The notes: generated by a model from the letters alone, not told the origin. A stretch of DNA of 64,000 nucleotides from Trichormus sp. ATA11-4-KO1 (GCA_019358915.1 JAHHIM010000036.1:320001-384000), one strand, 5' to 3'. Shown: positions 9,873 to 19,954, counted from the stretch's first letter. Translations and numbers: made by a program.

Positions 9873-11105
9873 ATGAGTCAAAGCGTTAATGTTTCTGGCA
9901 TTGCCAGTTCTGCTTATGTACATATTCCCTTTTGCAGACGGCGGTGTTTTTATTGTGATTTTCCTGTGTCTGTGATTGGCGATCGCCTGCGGGGAGAAAC
10001 ATCTGGTACTATCAGCCAATATGTTGAAACCTTGTGCGCAGAAATTGCCATCACACCAGCTTTAGGTCAACCTTTGCAGACAATTTTCTTTGGTGGTGGG
10101 ACTCCTTCGTTACTTTCAATAGAGCAGTTAAAACGGATATTGGCAACGCTAGAGAGACATTTTGGCATTGCTTCTGGAGTAGAAATTTCTCTGGAAGTAG
10201 ACCCAGGTACGTTTGATTTAGCACATATATCAGGCTACCGTAGCGCTGGCGTGAACCGGGTAAGTTTGGGTGTACAAGCCTTTCAAGCAGAATTATTGCA
10301 AGTTGCCGGGCGATCGCACTCAGTTGCAGATATTTTGTCATCTGTGGAATTAATCCACCAAGTCGAAATTGCCGAATTTAGCTTAGACTTGATTTCTGGT
10401 TTACCGCATCAATCGTTAGATCAATGGCAGGATTCTTTAAATCAAGCCGTGGCGCTGATGCCAACTCACATCTCCATTTATGACCTGACTATTGAACCGG
10501 GAACTGCTTTTGGTCGTTACTACAAACCTGGTGATCATCCTTTGCCAACGGATGAAATCACGGTGAAAATGTACCAAATGGGACAGCAAGTTTTAACTAA
10601 TGCAGGTTATGACCATTATGAAATTTCCAACTATGCTCTTCCTGGACATCAATGTCAGCATAATCGAGTTTATTGGGAAAACCGCCCTTATTATGGCTTT
10701 GGCATGGGTGCGGCAAGTTATATCCAGGGAAAACGCTTCACTCGTCCGCGTAAGACTCAAGAGTATTACCAGTGGGTGCAAGCTGGTGCTGTGATTGATT
10801 GCCAAGCCACGCCCCCAGAAGAAGTTTTGTTAGAAACCTTAATGTTGGGGTTACGTTTGGCAGCAGGTGTGAGTTTGGTGATGTTGGCAGAGAAGTTTGG
10901 GGAAGCGAAAGTACAGGAAATTCGCCAGTGTTTACGAGTGTATTTTGAGAAAGGTTGGGTAGAAGTTGTCGGGGAAAGGTGGCGTTTGAGTGATCCCCAA
11001 GGATTTTTATTTTCTAATGTAGTGTTGGCGGATTTGTTTAATCGGTTCACTATGAAAGATGGAATACGGGCGCAGCAGGATTCGAACCTGCGACCATCCG
11101 CTTAG
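9873..11105 (+). CDS. hemW: Radical SAM heme chaperone HemW (HemN-like)
   Basis: YVHIPFCRRRCFYCDF, FFGGGTPS, YEISNY, HNRVYW motifs. Confidence 0.92.
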   Translation: MSQSVNVSGIASSAYVHIPFCRRRCFYCDFPVSVIGDRLRGETSGTISQYVETLCAEIAITPALGQPLQTIFFGGGTPSLLSIEQLKRILATLERHFGIASGVEISLEVDPGTFDLAHISGYRSAGVNRVSLGVQAFQAELLQVAGRSHSVADILSSVELIHQVEIAEFSLDLISGLPHQSLDQWQDSLNQAVALMPTHISIYDLTIEPGTAFGRYYKPGDHPLPTDEITVKMYQMGQQVLTNAGYDHYEISNYALPGHQCQHNRVYWENRPYYGFGMGAASYIQGKRFTRPRKTQEYYQWVQAGAVIDCQATPPEEVLLETLMLGLRLAAGVSLVMLAEKFGEAKVQEIRQCLRVYFEKGWVEVVGERWRLSDPQGFLFSNVVLADLFNRFTMKDGIRAQQDSNLRPSA

Positions 11106-11139
11106 AAGGCGGATGCTCTATCCACTGAGCTATGCGCCC
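11067..11139 (-). tRNA. tRNA-Arg(TCT)
   Basis: GGGCGCATAGCTCAGTGGATAGAGCATCCGCCTTCTAAGCGGATGGTCGCAGGTTCGAATCCTGCTGCGCCCG folds as a cloverleaf; anticodon loop CTTCTAA; CCA not encoded. Confidence 0.96.
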
Positions 11140-11463
11140 AACCTAAATTTGTGGCTCCCAAAAGAGTCACTTGCAAAATTATATCGTTTTTCCCTACCAA
11201 GAAGCAATTGAAAATTGCAGATTTCTGGTCAGCAAGGCTATGATTCAAGTCGCTAGTTATGCGATTTACACTAAAAATGCAGCAAATAAGCTATTGATTA
11301 GCTATATTGTGGGTCAATTCCTTTATTTGCGTGTTGGTGTAGGTGGCGATCGCACTGCTTACCCAAATAGCATCCTAGGTAATCGCACTCTTGGCGATGC
11401 TACAAATCGGAATTATAGATTGCATATCCACAAAGCCCCTGTGAGGAGTTATTTGCTAGTGCC

Positions 11464-12123
11464 ATGTTTATTCTCAAACGGCAGGATGTTGAAATATCGA
11501 GTATTCAGCACCCAAAACGGGATCAGCAAGTGCCGATCCTCAATTATCAGGGGCAAACCTTTCGCTTGATTAGCGTCTTCAAAGCTAGCCAAGAAGAAGA
11601 AGCTAGAGCCTTGTGGAGAGAATTAACCGATCACCGAGGTAAAGCCTGTGTCTTGCTGGAAGAACCTGATCGCTTTAGTGTTTGGGGAAAAGTCCGCTTA
11701 GACCAGCTAGGTAGTGACACGGGTAGCCATAGCCAGCGAGGAATTTATATTCAAGCCAGTTTATTGCTGCTGCAAGCAGTTTATCTGGACATTGAAGAGT
11801 TTTTAGGCACTCGGCAAGCGGTACTCTTTGAGAAAGATATTGCCCAAGTTTTGCGACAGCCACAATTTCCTGAAGCATCTTCCCCAGAGGTAGTCAAACA
11901 CTTGATGACGACTAACCCCCTAGAAGCGGCTAAACTTCCTCCTTGGCAAGAAAATCATGTAATTAGCTTCCTGCAAGAACTACATAAACTCGGAAAAACC
12001 TATTTTGGCAATGCTAACTTTGCCCATCAAGTTACTGATAGGTTACAAGATATGCCAGAAGCCGAGCGATCGCTGTTTATCAGTTGGCTAAATCAATCTT
12101 CACTGAGTAAACTGTGGCAATAG
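11464..12123 (+). CDS. Conserved cyanobacterial hypothetical protein (Npun_F0813-like)
   Basis: 219-aa ORF with GAGGAG upstream; MFILKRQDVEI...YQGQTFRL N-terminus recognised from memory. Confidence 0.75.
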   Translation: MFILKRQDVEISSIQHPKRDQQVPILNYQGQTFRLISVFKASQEEEARALWRELTDHRGKACVLLEEPDRFSVWGKVRLDQLGSDTGSHSQRGIYIQASLLLLQAVYLDIEEFLGTRQAVLFEKDIAQVLRQPQFPEASSPEVVKHLMTTNPLEAAKLPPWQENHVISFLQELHKLGKTYFGNANFAHQVTDRLQDMPEAERSLFISWLNQSSLSKLWQ

Positions 12124-12246
12124 CATGAAAAGTGGGAAAAAACTGCGGCTACTGGTATTTGCTCTTGGCGTTCACTGGTGCATCCGCTACCCACATATTC
12201 TTGTACACCAACATCCTGCCGAGTGCATTTACAATAGTCAATTCCT

Positions 12247-13098
12247 ATGAGTACCTCTGACAACAATTCCTCCCGTTCGCAATCCCTGCTCACCAATCAA
12301 AACATTATCTTGGCTAGCATCGGCTGGGGTGTGCTGGCACTGTTATACTTTTTGTTATTTAGTGCCAAAGTTCCAGGCACAGATGGTGTCGAAAGCCGTG
12401 CTGACTGGTATGTGATGGGGACAAATATTTTTGAAGCCTTGGCTTACTTGGGCGCAGGTGTTTTATGCTTGAGGAATTGGCAAAGTCCGCAAATTGTCAG
12501 CAGCCGGAATGTTTGGCTGGCGATCGCTATAGGTATGCTTTCTTATTTCCTGGGAGGGATATTTTTCGGTTACACAGAACTAATTTTAGATGAAGAACCG
12601 GATGTGTCTATTGGCGATGTATTTTTTGTCCTGTCTTATATTTCCCTTGGCGTAGGCATGATTTTAGCTGTGGCTTCCAGGCGAATTAATTTAGAAAAAT
12701 GGCAATGGTTGATTGTGTCGGCAATAGCAGTCTTTGGTAGCCTATTGGCATGGTGGATTTCTATGCAACATGCCGCACCCTCAGAGCCATTAGCCACCAT
12801 CTTGAATTGGTTTTACGTAGTGAGCGATGTAATTTTGTTAATTATTGCTACCACTTTATTACTAGCCTTTTGGGGAGGACGAGTCGCCCAGTCCTGGAGA
12901 ATGATTGCAGCGGCCGCGTTTTCGCTCTACATTGCAGATATGTGGTTTAAATATGCTCAAGGGCCAAACTATCAAAGTGGGGAGATACTAGAAGTGTTTT
13001 GGGTATTTAGTGGAGTTTTATTTGGTATGGGCGCTGTCTTAGAACATGACGCATCGTTGAGCAGAACTCGGCGGGAGCGTGGGCGCAAACGAGCTTAG
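12247..13098 (+). CDS. Polytopic membrane protein
   Basis: About 8 hydrophobic segments, basic C-terminal tail. Confidence 0.85.
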   Translation: MSTSDNNSSRSQSLLTNQNIILASIGWGVLALLYFLLFSAKVPGTDGVESRADWYVMGTNIFEALAYLGAGVLCLRNWQSPQIVSSRNVWLAIAIGMLSYFLGGIFFGYTELILDEEPDVSIGDVFFVLSYISLGVGMILAVASRRINLEKWQWLIVSAIAVFGSLLAWWISMQHAAPSEPLATILNWFYVVSDVILLIIATTLLLAFWGGRVAQSWRMIAAAAFSLYIADMWFKYAQGPNYQSGEILEVFWVFSGVLFGMGAVLEHDASLSRTRRERGRKRA

Positions 13099-13115
13099 AA
13101 AATTTGGTGTCTACC

Positions 13116-14111
13116 GTGAGAAAATTAACAGATTCTGACAAGCAAGAAATTCTGAAGTTATATCGAGAAACTGCCGAAACAACCTCAACTTTGGCGGAAC
13201 ACTATGGTGTGAGCAACTCGACAATTAGTCGGCTGCTCAAAAGCACCTTACCAGAAGACGAGTACGAATATCTCGTTTCTCTCAAACGGGCTGCTCGAAC
13301 TCCTGAAGGCAGAGCACAGGTAAATTATGAACAGTTACCTTTGTTAACTCAGCCAGAACCAGAGAAAGAGCAGCCAAGCCAAGAAAAAGCCATTCCTCGC
13401 CTAAAGTTACCAGAGGTTGAGCCACAACAGGCAGTTACAGAAGCAGAAAGCTACCCAGAGGATGAGGAAGAATTTGCACCTTCAGCGCGACGAGTGCGCC
13501 GACGTTCCTCAGCAGAGGAAAAACCAAAGCTAAGAGCCGCAAAGCGCTTAGAAATCGTCGAACCGAAGCCGCCGGAGATAGCAAGTATTCCCAGCCCAAT
13601 CTTAAAGGATGAACATCCTGAAGCAACCGTCATCGCCCAAATGCTGGGAGAAGATTTGCTAGATGAATCAGAGGATTTATCAGATTTAGAGGATGATTTA
13701 GACGACGAAGATTACGATGAAGATTATGACGAAGATGAAGAAGACTTAGAGGAGCCAAGACCTTTAGTTACAAGACGCAGAGTCAGTGACGCATCTGTGC
13801 AAGTTTTACCCTTGTCAGCAGCACATTTGCCAAAAACTTGCTATTTGGTCATCGACCGAGCCTCAGAGTTAATTACTCGACCACTCAAGGATTTTGGTGA
13901 CTTGGGGCAAATTCCTAGCCTAGAAACCCTGCAAAAAACTTTGCCAGTGTTTGATAACCATCGAGTGGCTAAACGCTTTTCTACCAAGCGCGATCGCGTG
14001 ATTAAAGTTCCTGATAGTAAAATGTTGCATAAGGCAAGTACTCATCTACAAGCCAAGGGCATCACGCGACTGTTAATTGATGGTCAGGTCTACTCTTTGT
14101 CTATGGTGTGA
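13116..14111 (+). CDS. Hypothetical protein with N-terminal HTH and a long acidic linker
   Basis: TTSTLAEHYGVSNSTISRLLK HTH; D/E-rich tract; compact C-terminal domain; GTG start assumed. Confidence 0.8.
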   Translation: MRKLTDSDKQEILKLYRETAETTSTLAEHYGVSNSTISRLLKSTLPEDEYEYLVSLKRAARTPEGRAQVNYEQLPLLTQPEPEKEQPSQEKAIPRLKLPEVEPQQAVTEAESYPEDEEEFAPSARRVRRRSSAEEKPKLRAAKRLEIVEPKPPEIASIPSPILKDEHPEATVIAQMLGEDLLDESEDLSDLEDDLDDEDYDEDYDEDEEDLEEPRPLVTRRRVSDASVQVLPLSAAHLPKTCYLVIDRASELITRPLKDFGDLGQIPSLETLQKTLPVFDNHRVAKRFSTKRDRVIKVPDSKMLHKASTHLQAKGITRLLIDGQVYSLSMV

Positions 14112-14131
14112 CATACTCCCACACTGATGCA

Positions 14132-14333
14132 AACCTGAGTTCGACAAATATCAAAAACCCCGCTTCCATTCCTCTCCCCTGCGAGGAGGAGCCACTGCGT
14201 TGCTTTGGTTCCCAAAGTTGTAGCAAGTGGCGTTAGAGGCTTTGAAACCTTGATTTTTAGTTCAAAACCAGGGATATTTTCGCCCCTCTCCGTGTCGGAA
14301 AGGGGTTGGGGTGAGGTTCATCGAATTCACGTT
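14132..14333 (-). mobile_element. ~200-bp MITE-like element, copy B, with nested 46-bp repeat at 14188-14233
   Basis: Terminal inverted repeats AACCTGAGTTCGA / TCGAATTCACGTT (11 of 13 match); inverse copy of 7957-8151. Confidence 0.8.
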
Positions 14334-14487
14334 AATTTTGGTGAATTGATATTACTCTCATCTGGCAATTTGTTGCCACCTGAATATGACTAGCTATAGC
14401 CCAGCTCTGCTATGTCAAAATGAAGATAACTTACTACCAAAAGGTGAGCTAACGCTCTGAAAGCTAGACAAAGGATTGACCTGAGCA

Positions 14488-15117
14488 ATGGCAGAAGAAA
14501 AAAATCACAATCAAGCGGGAGAAGTGGCTCCCAGCACTGTTGACAAACAGGCTCCCACTGTTGCCCAAGAAAATGCTCCCAGTACTGACGAACCAGTAGC
14601 AACAGATATCCCTACTGCCAACACGCCAGATCCCAAAGCAGCAAACCCAGAAGTTAACCCCAACGCCGCCACGCCAAAAACTGCACCACCTCAGCGAGAA
14701 AAACCCCCAGCTGCAGCTAAAGCCGCGAAAAAGGAAAAACCTCCAGCTGTGGAAGATCAGCCATTTATAGAGTTTATGCAGCAGCACTACTTGCCAACTT
14801 TGCAAAAGGCGATCACAGAACAAGGTGTACAAGATTTGCAACTGTCTTTTGCTAAACAAAAGCTGCCTATCGCTGGCTTTCAATCAGCAGAAGAATGCTG
14901 GCAAGTGATCGGTAGTTGGCAAAATGGTCAGCGCCAGTTTAACTTGTATTTCCCCGACGAAGATATCCAAGGGAAAAAGGGATTTTCTTGTAACGCAGGT
15001 AAAAAACCTAGCACTCTTGAGTCGTTCTTAATCGATGAGCGCAAAATTACACTTGACCTGTTAGTATTTGGCTTAGTGCAGCGTTTGAACGGTCAAAAGT
15101 GGCTAGGTAGAAATTAG
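14488..15117 (+). CDS. ndhV: DUF2996 protein, probable NDH-1 subunit NdhV
   Basis: Pro/Ala-rich N-terminus, [16 protein letters not shown], and C-terminal [16 protein letters not shown]...[11 protein letters not shown]. Confidence 0.7.
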   Translation: MAEEKNHNQAGEVAPSTVDKQAPTVAQENAPSTDEPVATDIPTANTPDPKAANPEVNPNAATPKTAPPQREKPPAAAKAAKKEKPPAVEDQPFIEFMQQHYLPTLQKAITEQGVQDLQLSFAKQKLPIAGFQSAEECWQVIGSWQNGQRQFNLYFPDEDIQGKKGFSCNAGKKPSTLESFLIDERKITLDLLVFGLVQRLNGQKWLGRN

Positions 15118-16076
15118 TTAAGTTCATCAAAGTAGTAGGTGACGGCTCCAGTTATGGGGTCGTTGTCTATTCTCACATAACCTGATTTGAACATCTCCTT
15201 CAACACAGCTTCCACTTCCACAAAGCTGGCTCCTGTGGCTTTCACACCTTGAGTTACAGTGAGCTTACCACCCTTGGTTTCTGCAACTTCGATGAGTTGC
15301 ATCATCAATTGGTTACCAGTTGGCCGATGGACTTGGGTAGCCACCACTGTTTGATTAAGTGGCACACCCAAGGGAGATACACCTGCTTTCGCTCTCAGGT
15401 TGCGTTCGTAATCGTCAACCATACCTGGGATGAGAAATAGGTCAACTAATTGCCCCATACCAAATAAACCACCAGTCAACAGCCATACCACACCTGTGAC
15501 AATTTTGCCATTATAAAAACGGTGCAATCCGCCTATGCCGAAAAACCCGACGGCACACAATAAGTAGGAAGTAACTAAAGGATTATCATATCTTTGATCT
15601 ATTTCTTGTCTCACCGTTTCCAATACTCTGGATACCTCAACTGCGCTGCGATTTGCCGAGTTTGCCGCATTACCATGTGGTAAAGAGGGAGTTGCCATTA
15701 GTTGCTGCACAAGCCGTCCATAAGCTTCAACATCAGCGCGTGTGCCTAAAAAGCGATTACCGTGAGCAACCTCCTGACGCAGCCTGTTAGCTTTGAGGAT
15801 ACTACGACGCGCCTCATCGCTCAGACCACCATACTCTTGCATCAAGTCAATCAACTCTTGCCAATGCACTTGTTGCCTGTCTTGCACTCTGTCACGTTCT
15901 TCCGGATCAAGAGCATGATTTGCCGCCAGCCAGTCCCGAAAATAGTCTTCTAGAGCGCCGTGAAAGCTAACCAGTGCATAACCCAGTAATTCCGGGTCTT
16001 TTCCCGCTTTTTGTAGTCGCTCCCAGCCTAGTTGCAGCTTATCCGAATGATTACTCATTGATAGCCCTGTTGCCAT
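15114..16076 (-). CDS. TM2-domain membrane protein with an extra N-terminal HEPN-like domain
   Basis: TM2 motif [42 protein letters not shown]-terminal helical domain with HGALE and RLRQEVAHG. Confidence 0.8.
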   Translation of the reverse strand: MATGLSMSNHSDKLQLGWERLQKAGKDPELLGYALVSFHGALEDYFRDWLAANHALDPEERDRVQDRQQVHWQELIDLMQEYGGLSDEARRSILKANRLRQEVAHGNRFLGTRADVEAYGRLVQQLMATPSLPHGNAANSANRSAVEVSRVLETVRQEIDQRYDNPLVTSYLLCAVGFFGIGGLHRFYNGKIVTGVVWLLTGGLFGMGQLVDLFLIPGMVDDYERNLRAKAGVSPLGVPLNQTVVATQVHRPTGNQLMMQLIEVAETKGGKLTVTQGVKATGASFVEVEAVLKEMFKSGYVRIDNDPITGAVTYYFDELN

Positions 16077-16440
16077 TGTAGTTTTACTAAAAATGTTAAC
16101 GAATGACTAGTTGCCAAAAAGACTAATAGATTTATTCTCTGGTGTTTTTCAAGTAGGGCATACTTGTGCTAGTGTATTCAAGCATCAGTAAATTTAAGTA
16201 TATTAGACGTTATTAGCTCGAGTAGATGCATAAATAATGACTAACAATATCCAATTATAGATTCCGCCAACTTGAAGTATTGTTGCAACTCTTAACGTTT
16301 AACTTAACTGTTTCCCACCTTCACCTTGGTAGACTGAATTTTATACAAATAAATTATTGTGGTCTGCTGCGCCTTGTGAGAGCATTACCCTTGGCTTTCT
16401 GGTGTACTCAAGATAATAAAGACAAAAGAGCAATCGAGAC

Positions 16441-17517
16441 ATGGTAGATTCCCTCCAAAAACCAGGCTTTGAAGAAATCCGTCCAGGAATTAAAGTCCCG
16501 GCAAAAGAAACCCTGTTAACACCCAGGTTTTACACCACCGATTTTGATGAAATGGCGCGGATGGACATCTCCGTCAATGAAGACGAGTTACGCGCCATCC
16601 TCGAAGAGTTCCGTGCCGACTACAACCGCCATCACTTCGTTCGAGATGCCGAATTTGAGCAATCCTGGGATCATATTGACGGGGAAACTCGCCGATTGTT
16701 CGTGGAATTTCTAGAACGGTCTTGCACAGCAGAATTTTCAGGATTTTTGCTGTACAAAGAACTCGGCCGCCGTTTGAAGGGCAAAAGCCCTGTCTTGGCC
16801 GAGTGCTTCAACCTGATGTCACGAGATGAAGCTCGTCACGCTGGCTTTTTGAATAAAGCGATGTCGGACTTCAATCTGTCGCTTGATTTAGGATTTTTGA
16901 CGAAGAGCCGCGCTTATACCTTCTTTAAGCCAAAATTTATCTTCTACGCCACTTATCTTTCCGAAAAGATTGGCTATTGGCGTTATATAACCATTTATCG
17001 TCACCTAGAAGCACATCCAGAAGACAGAATTTATCCGATTTTCCGGTTCTTTGAGAACTGGTGTCAGGATGAAAACCGTCATGGGGATTTCTTTGATGCG
17101 ATTATGAAATCCCAGCCGCAAATGTTGAATGATTGGCAGGCAAAGCTGTGGAGTCGCTTCTTCCTGTTGTCAGTGTTTGCCACTATGTATCTGAATGACA
17201 TCCAGCGTAAAGATTTCTATGCCTCCATTGGCTTAGATGCGCGAGAGTACGACATCTATGTCATTAAAAAGACCAATGAAAATGCAGGTAGAGTCTTCCC
17301 ATTAATGCTGGATGTAGAAAATCCAGAATTTTATCAGCGATTGGATGTGTGTATCCAGAATAACGAAAAGTTATCAGCGATCGCTAATTCCAATACTCCC
17401 AAATTCTTACAATTCTTCCAGAAGCTGCCAATTTACATCTCTCATGGCTGGCAGTTCCTACGACTGTACTTGATGAAACCGATTGATACTGTTTCTGCTC
17501 AAGGGGCAGTTCGTTAG
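16441..17517 (+). CDS. acsF: Mg-protoporphyrin IX monomethyl ester oxidative cyclase
   Basis: [39 protein letters not shown] di-iron motifs. Confidence 0.97.
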   Translation: MVDSLQKPGFEEIRPGIKVPAKETLLTPRFYTTDFDEMARMDISVNEDELRAILEEFRADYNRHHFVRDAEFEQSWDHIDGETRRLFVEFLERSCTAEFSGFLLYKELGRRLKGKSPVLAECFNLMSRDEARHAGFLNKAMSDFNLSLDLGFLTKSRAYTFFKPKFIFYATYLSEKIGYWRYITIYRHLEAHPEDRIYPIFRFFENWCQDENRHGDFFDAIMKSQPQMLNDWQAKLWSRFFLLSVFATMYLNDIQRKDFYASIGLDAREYDIYVIKKTNENAGRVFPLMLDVENPEFYQRLDVCIQNNEKLSAIANSNTPKFLQFFQKLPIYISHGWQFLRLYLMKPIDTVSAQGAVR

Positions 17518-17545
17518 GTTACACAAGTTTTATTTCGCGAGCAAT

Positions 17546-17580
17546 CAAAATCCCGGTATCTTGGAGATACCGGGATTTTG
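17546..17580 (+). terminator. Hairpin downstream of acsF
   Basis: Perfect 16-bp inverted repeat CAAAATCCCGGTATCT / AGATACCGGGATTTTG. Confidence 0.75.
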
Positions 17581-17654
17581 TCATCAAAAATGAAATAGCA
17601 TGAAGTATTTAAGCTGTTCTACTTACAAACTTAAAAAATTGTTAATTTTTAATT

Positions 17655-17942
17655 TTGAATTCTGACGTGATTCAGACTCAATTTCAGGTGAAATTCCGGG
17701 CGCAGGATAGATTTGGTGGCTTCTCCAATTATAGAACCGAATACGCAGGAGAAATTCCCGACGAACTTGTAACCCGCGACCATAACCGTTTTATTTTAGC
17801 TTTGGGTAAACTAAAAACTCCTGACAACGCTCTACGCCCTGGTGTTAATGTTGACATTGAAGTTGTAGCAACTCGCTCCTTAGGAGAACGTTCTGCAAAA
17901 CAAACCATTAACTGGCAGGATGCTATCCGTAGTACTAGATAA
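17655..17942 (+). pseudogene. Orphan C-terminal gene fragment (tentatively the end of a cyanobacterial collagen-like protein)
   Basis: Protein-like composition, but only a TTG with no RBS in an AT-rich flank; family recalled from memory only. Confidence 0.45.
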
Positions 17943-17956
17943 TCTTTACCAAAAGT

Positions 17957-18532
17957 TTAAGAGGGTTTTTTCCCATCTGAGACAATTTGTGCCAGCAGAT
18001 TGCCAGCGAAATCTAGCAGCTGATCCAGCAAAAAGCCTATGATACCAATGTATAATACCGCGTCAATCATGTAATTGGTGTTACCAGCTTTATAAGCATT
18101 CCAGGCGAGAAATCCCAGTCCTTTTGGGCCTATCAACATCTCTGTGGCAATAACTGTAAACCATGCTACCCAAATACCAACTTTCAAAGCATGAAATGTA
18201 TGAAAGATAGCTACGCGAAAGTTATTATTTTGTCTGAGAAAATGTTGCAGACCTATTGCCGTATTGATGATCATAGACCAGAGAGTCCCAAGAAAAACGA
18301 TGACTACGGTTGCCGGTTCACTGTTATCTCCAAATACTACGAGTGCAATGGGTAACAAGGCTATAGGAGGGATACTATGAGGTATCTGAAATATCCGCTT
18401 TAATACCTGATAAATTGCGGTGTTTATACCTATCAAATAACCGACGAAACTACCCAAAACGGCTGCTGGAATATAACCTACAAATAACTTTTGCAGGCTA
18501 GCTAAAACATCTAAAAATATACTAGGTTCCAT
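17957..18532 (-). CDS. Short ABC transporter permease (NrtB/SsuC-like)
   Basis: IPPIALLPIAL, IINTAIG, WFTVIATEMLIGPKGLGF, IGIIGFLLD motifs. Confidence 0.85.
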   Translation of the reverse strand: MEPSIFLDVLASLQKLFVGYIPAAVLGSFVGYLIGINTAIYQVLKRIFQIPHSIPPIALLPIALVVFGDNSEPATVVIVFLGTLWSMIINTAIGLQHFLRQNNNFRVAIFHTFHALKVGIWVAWFTVIATEMLIGPKGLGFLAWNAYKAGNTNYMIDAVLYIGIIGFLLDQLLDFAGNLLAQIVSDGKKPS

Positions 18533-18957
18533 GCCTCAGTTCTTATTTTGAACGGTTGGTAATTACTGCGGCAATCACAAAAATGGCGAATAGACAAACA
18601 GCAAGAAGGTATTTAAATTTGCTTAAATCAAATTTATCAGAGAATTAAAGTTCCATTAAGAAATTAAATAAAATCTCAATAATTCACCAAAAAGTGAAGT
18701 TTGCTCAAAGGCAAATCAACACCACCTGTCGCAGCTTTTAAGCCAAAATGTGGAAAAATAATATTAAAAATAGTTTAAATATAATTCAATACTATTGTGT
18801 AGAAAATAATCAGCAAACAGTAATCTTCACTGATTAAGTAGAAAAACTTAATAAAATAAAAGTCCGTAGTAAAAGCTGTAACCCTTTAAAACCTTGCAAG
18901 AAAGCGATAAATCGCTCACTACGAACAAAAGTTTATCTGACATTTAATTATTTCTAC

Positions 18958-19076
18958 CTGACTTGAACAAACTTGGTATCTTTGTGCCTTGGTGGTAAAA
19001 AAATCTTGAACCACTAAGACACCAAAACACAAAGATTTTTTATATGTTCTGGTGTACGCAGTTCATGACAGCTACT
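18958..19076 (+). repeat. ~120-bp dispersed repeat, copy 1
   Basis: Aligns with 41511-41629 (shared CCTTGGTGGTAAAAAAATCTT and TTTTTATATGTTCTGGTGTA blocks). Confidence 0.8.
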
Positions 19077-19096
19077 GACTGATAATTGAAAACTGA

Positions 19097-19672
19097 TCAT
19101 TTCCCCAAATTACGCTTCATTTGTTCTAACTCATCTTGAGTTTCCCAACGACGAAACTTTTCTTCTAAATCATCCAATCCACTAGAATAACTGCTAGTTG
19201 GATTCCACCAACCATTAGTTTCTAAGTGCTGCTGGGTTTGAGCTTGAGCGCTTACTGTTTGGGCTTCAGCTGCTTTCGCTTGCACCTCTTGTCGCCGCAT
19301 CTGAATTTTCCGCAGTAGTTCTTTAGATTGCTCAATGCGTTCTTTTAATCCTTGCATGTGTCCCCATCTCTGGTTCCCTTCACGCAGTAGGGCTGCTTCT
19401 CTCTCTTGGGCGGCGGCGGCTAAATCCTGTTTACCAGCATTTTTTGCCTTTTGCACACGAATATGCCATCGCTGAATTTCTTGGGCGGTGGAGAGAATTT
19501 CGTCCTGCGATCGCTTCTCCTGCAATTGTAAATCTGCAATTAACTTTAAAGTATCTTCCTCTTGCTGCCGCAGCTGTTCTAACAGCGCCTCTAACTCCAA
19601 ATGTGGATTATTACGCAAGAATTCTTCTAAACGGTTTTCCAGAAATCGACTCAAATCATCAAATAAGCCCAC
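19097..19672 (-). CDS. Coiled-coil protein, TIGR04376-like (PspA-related)
   Basis: GTG start giving MGLFDDLSRFLENRLEEFLRNNPHLEL; ends LEEKFRRWETQDELEQMKR. Confidence 0.8.
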   Translation of the reverse strand: MGLFDDLSRFLENRLEEFLRNNPHLELEALLEQLRQQEEDTLKLIADLQLQEKRSQDEILSTAQEIQRWHIRVQKAKNAGKQDLAAAAQEREAALLREGNQRWGHMQGLKERIEQSKELLRKIQMRRQEVQAKAAEAQTVSAQAQTQQHLETNGWWNPTSSYSSGLDDLEEKFRRWETQDELEQMKRNLGK

Positions 19673-19954
19673 AAACAGTACTCCAGAGGTTGGGTGTGTG
19701 ATGATTTTATTGTAGTAATTATTATCGTAGTGCCGAAAGGAAATTGTCACTGTGTTTCCTTACAGGGTAATGTAGATGGCAGGGGTCAAAAGGCAGAAGA
19801 ATGAATTTGGATGAGGATTCCCACCCTTGCTTCCTTTGGTTGTGATTCGTCAGAGGATCATCCGTCTTCCGTCTGACTTCGTTAAAAGACCGCCCGCAAG
19901 GTACGAAGTTTCAACCTACGCTGTAATACAATAAATTGGCAAAAGGAGGGTTCT

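Noticed and set aside
13116..14111. Transposase (because of the N-terminal HTH)
   Set aside because: No DDE or HUH catalytic region and no terminal repeats; it sits in an operon-like context.
14109..14122. TGACATACTCCCAC as an IS605-type end remnant
   Set aside because: Only 14 nt, with no partner hairpin arm visible; too little to call.
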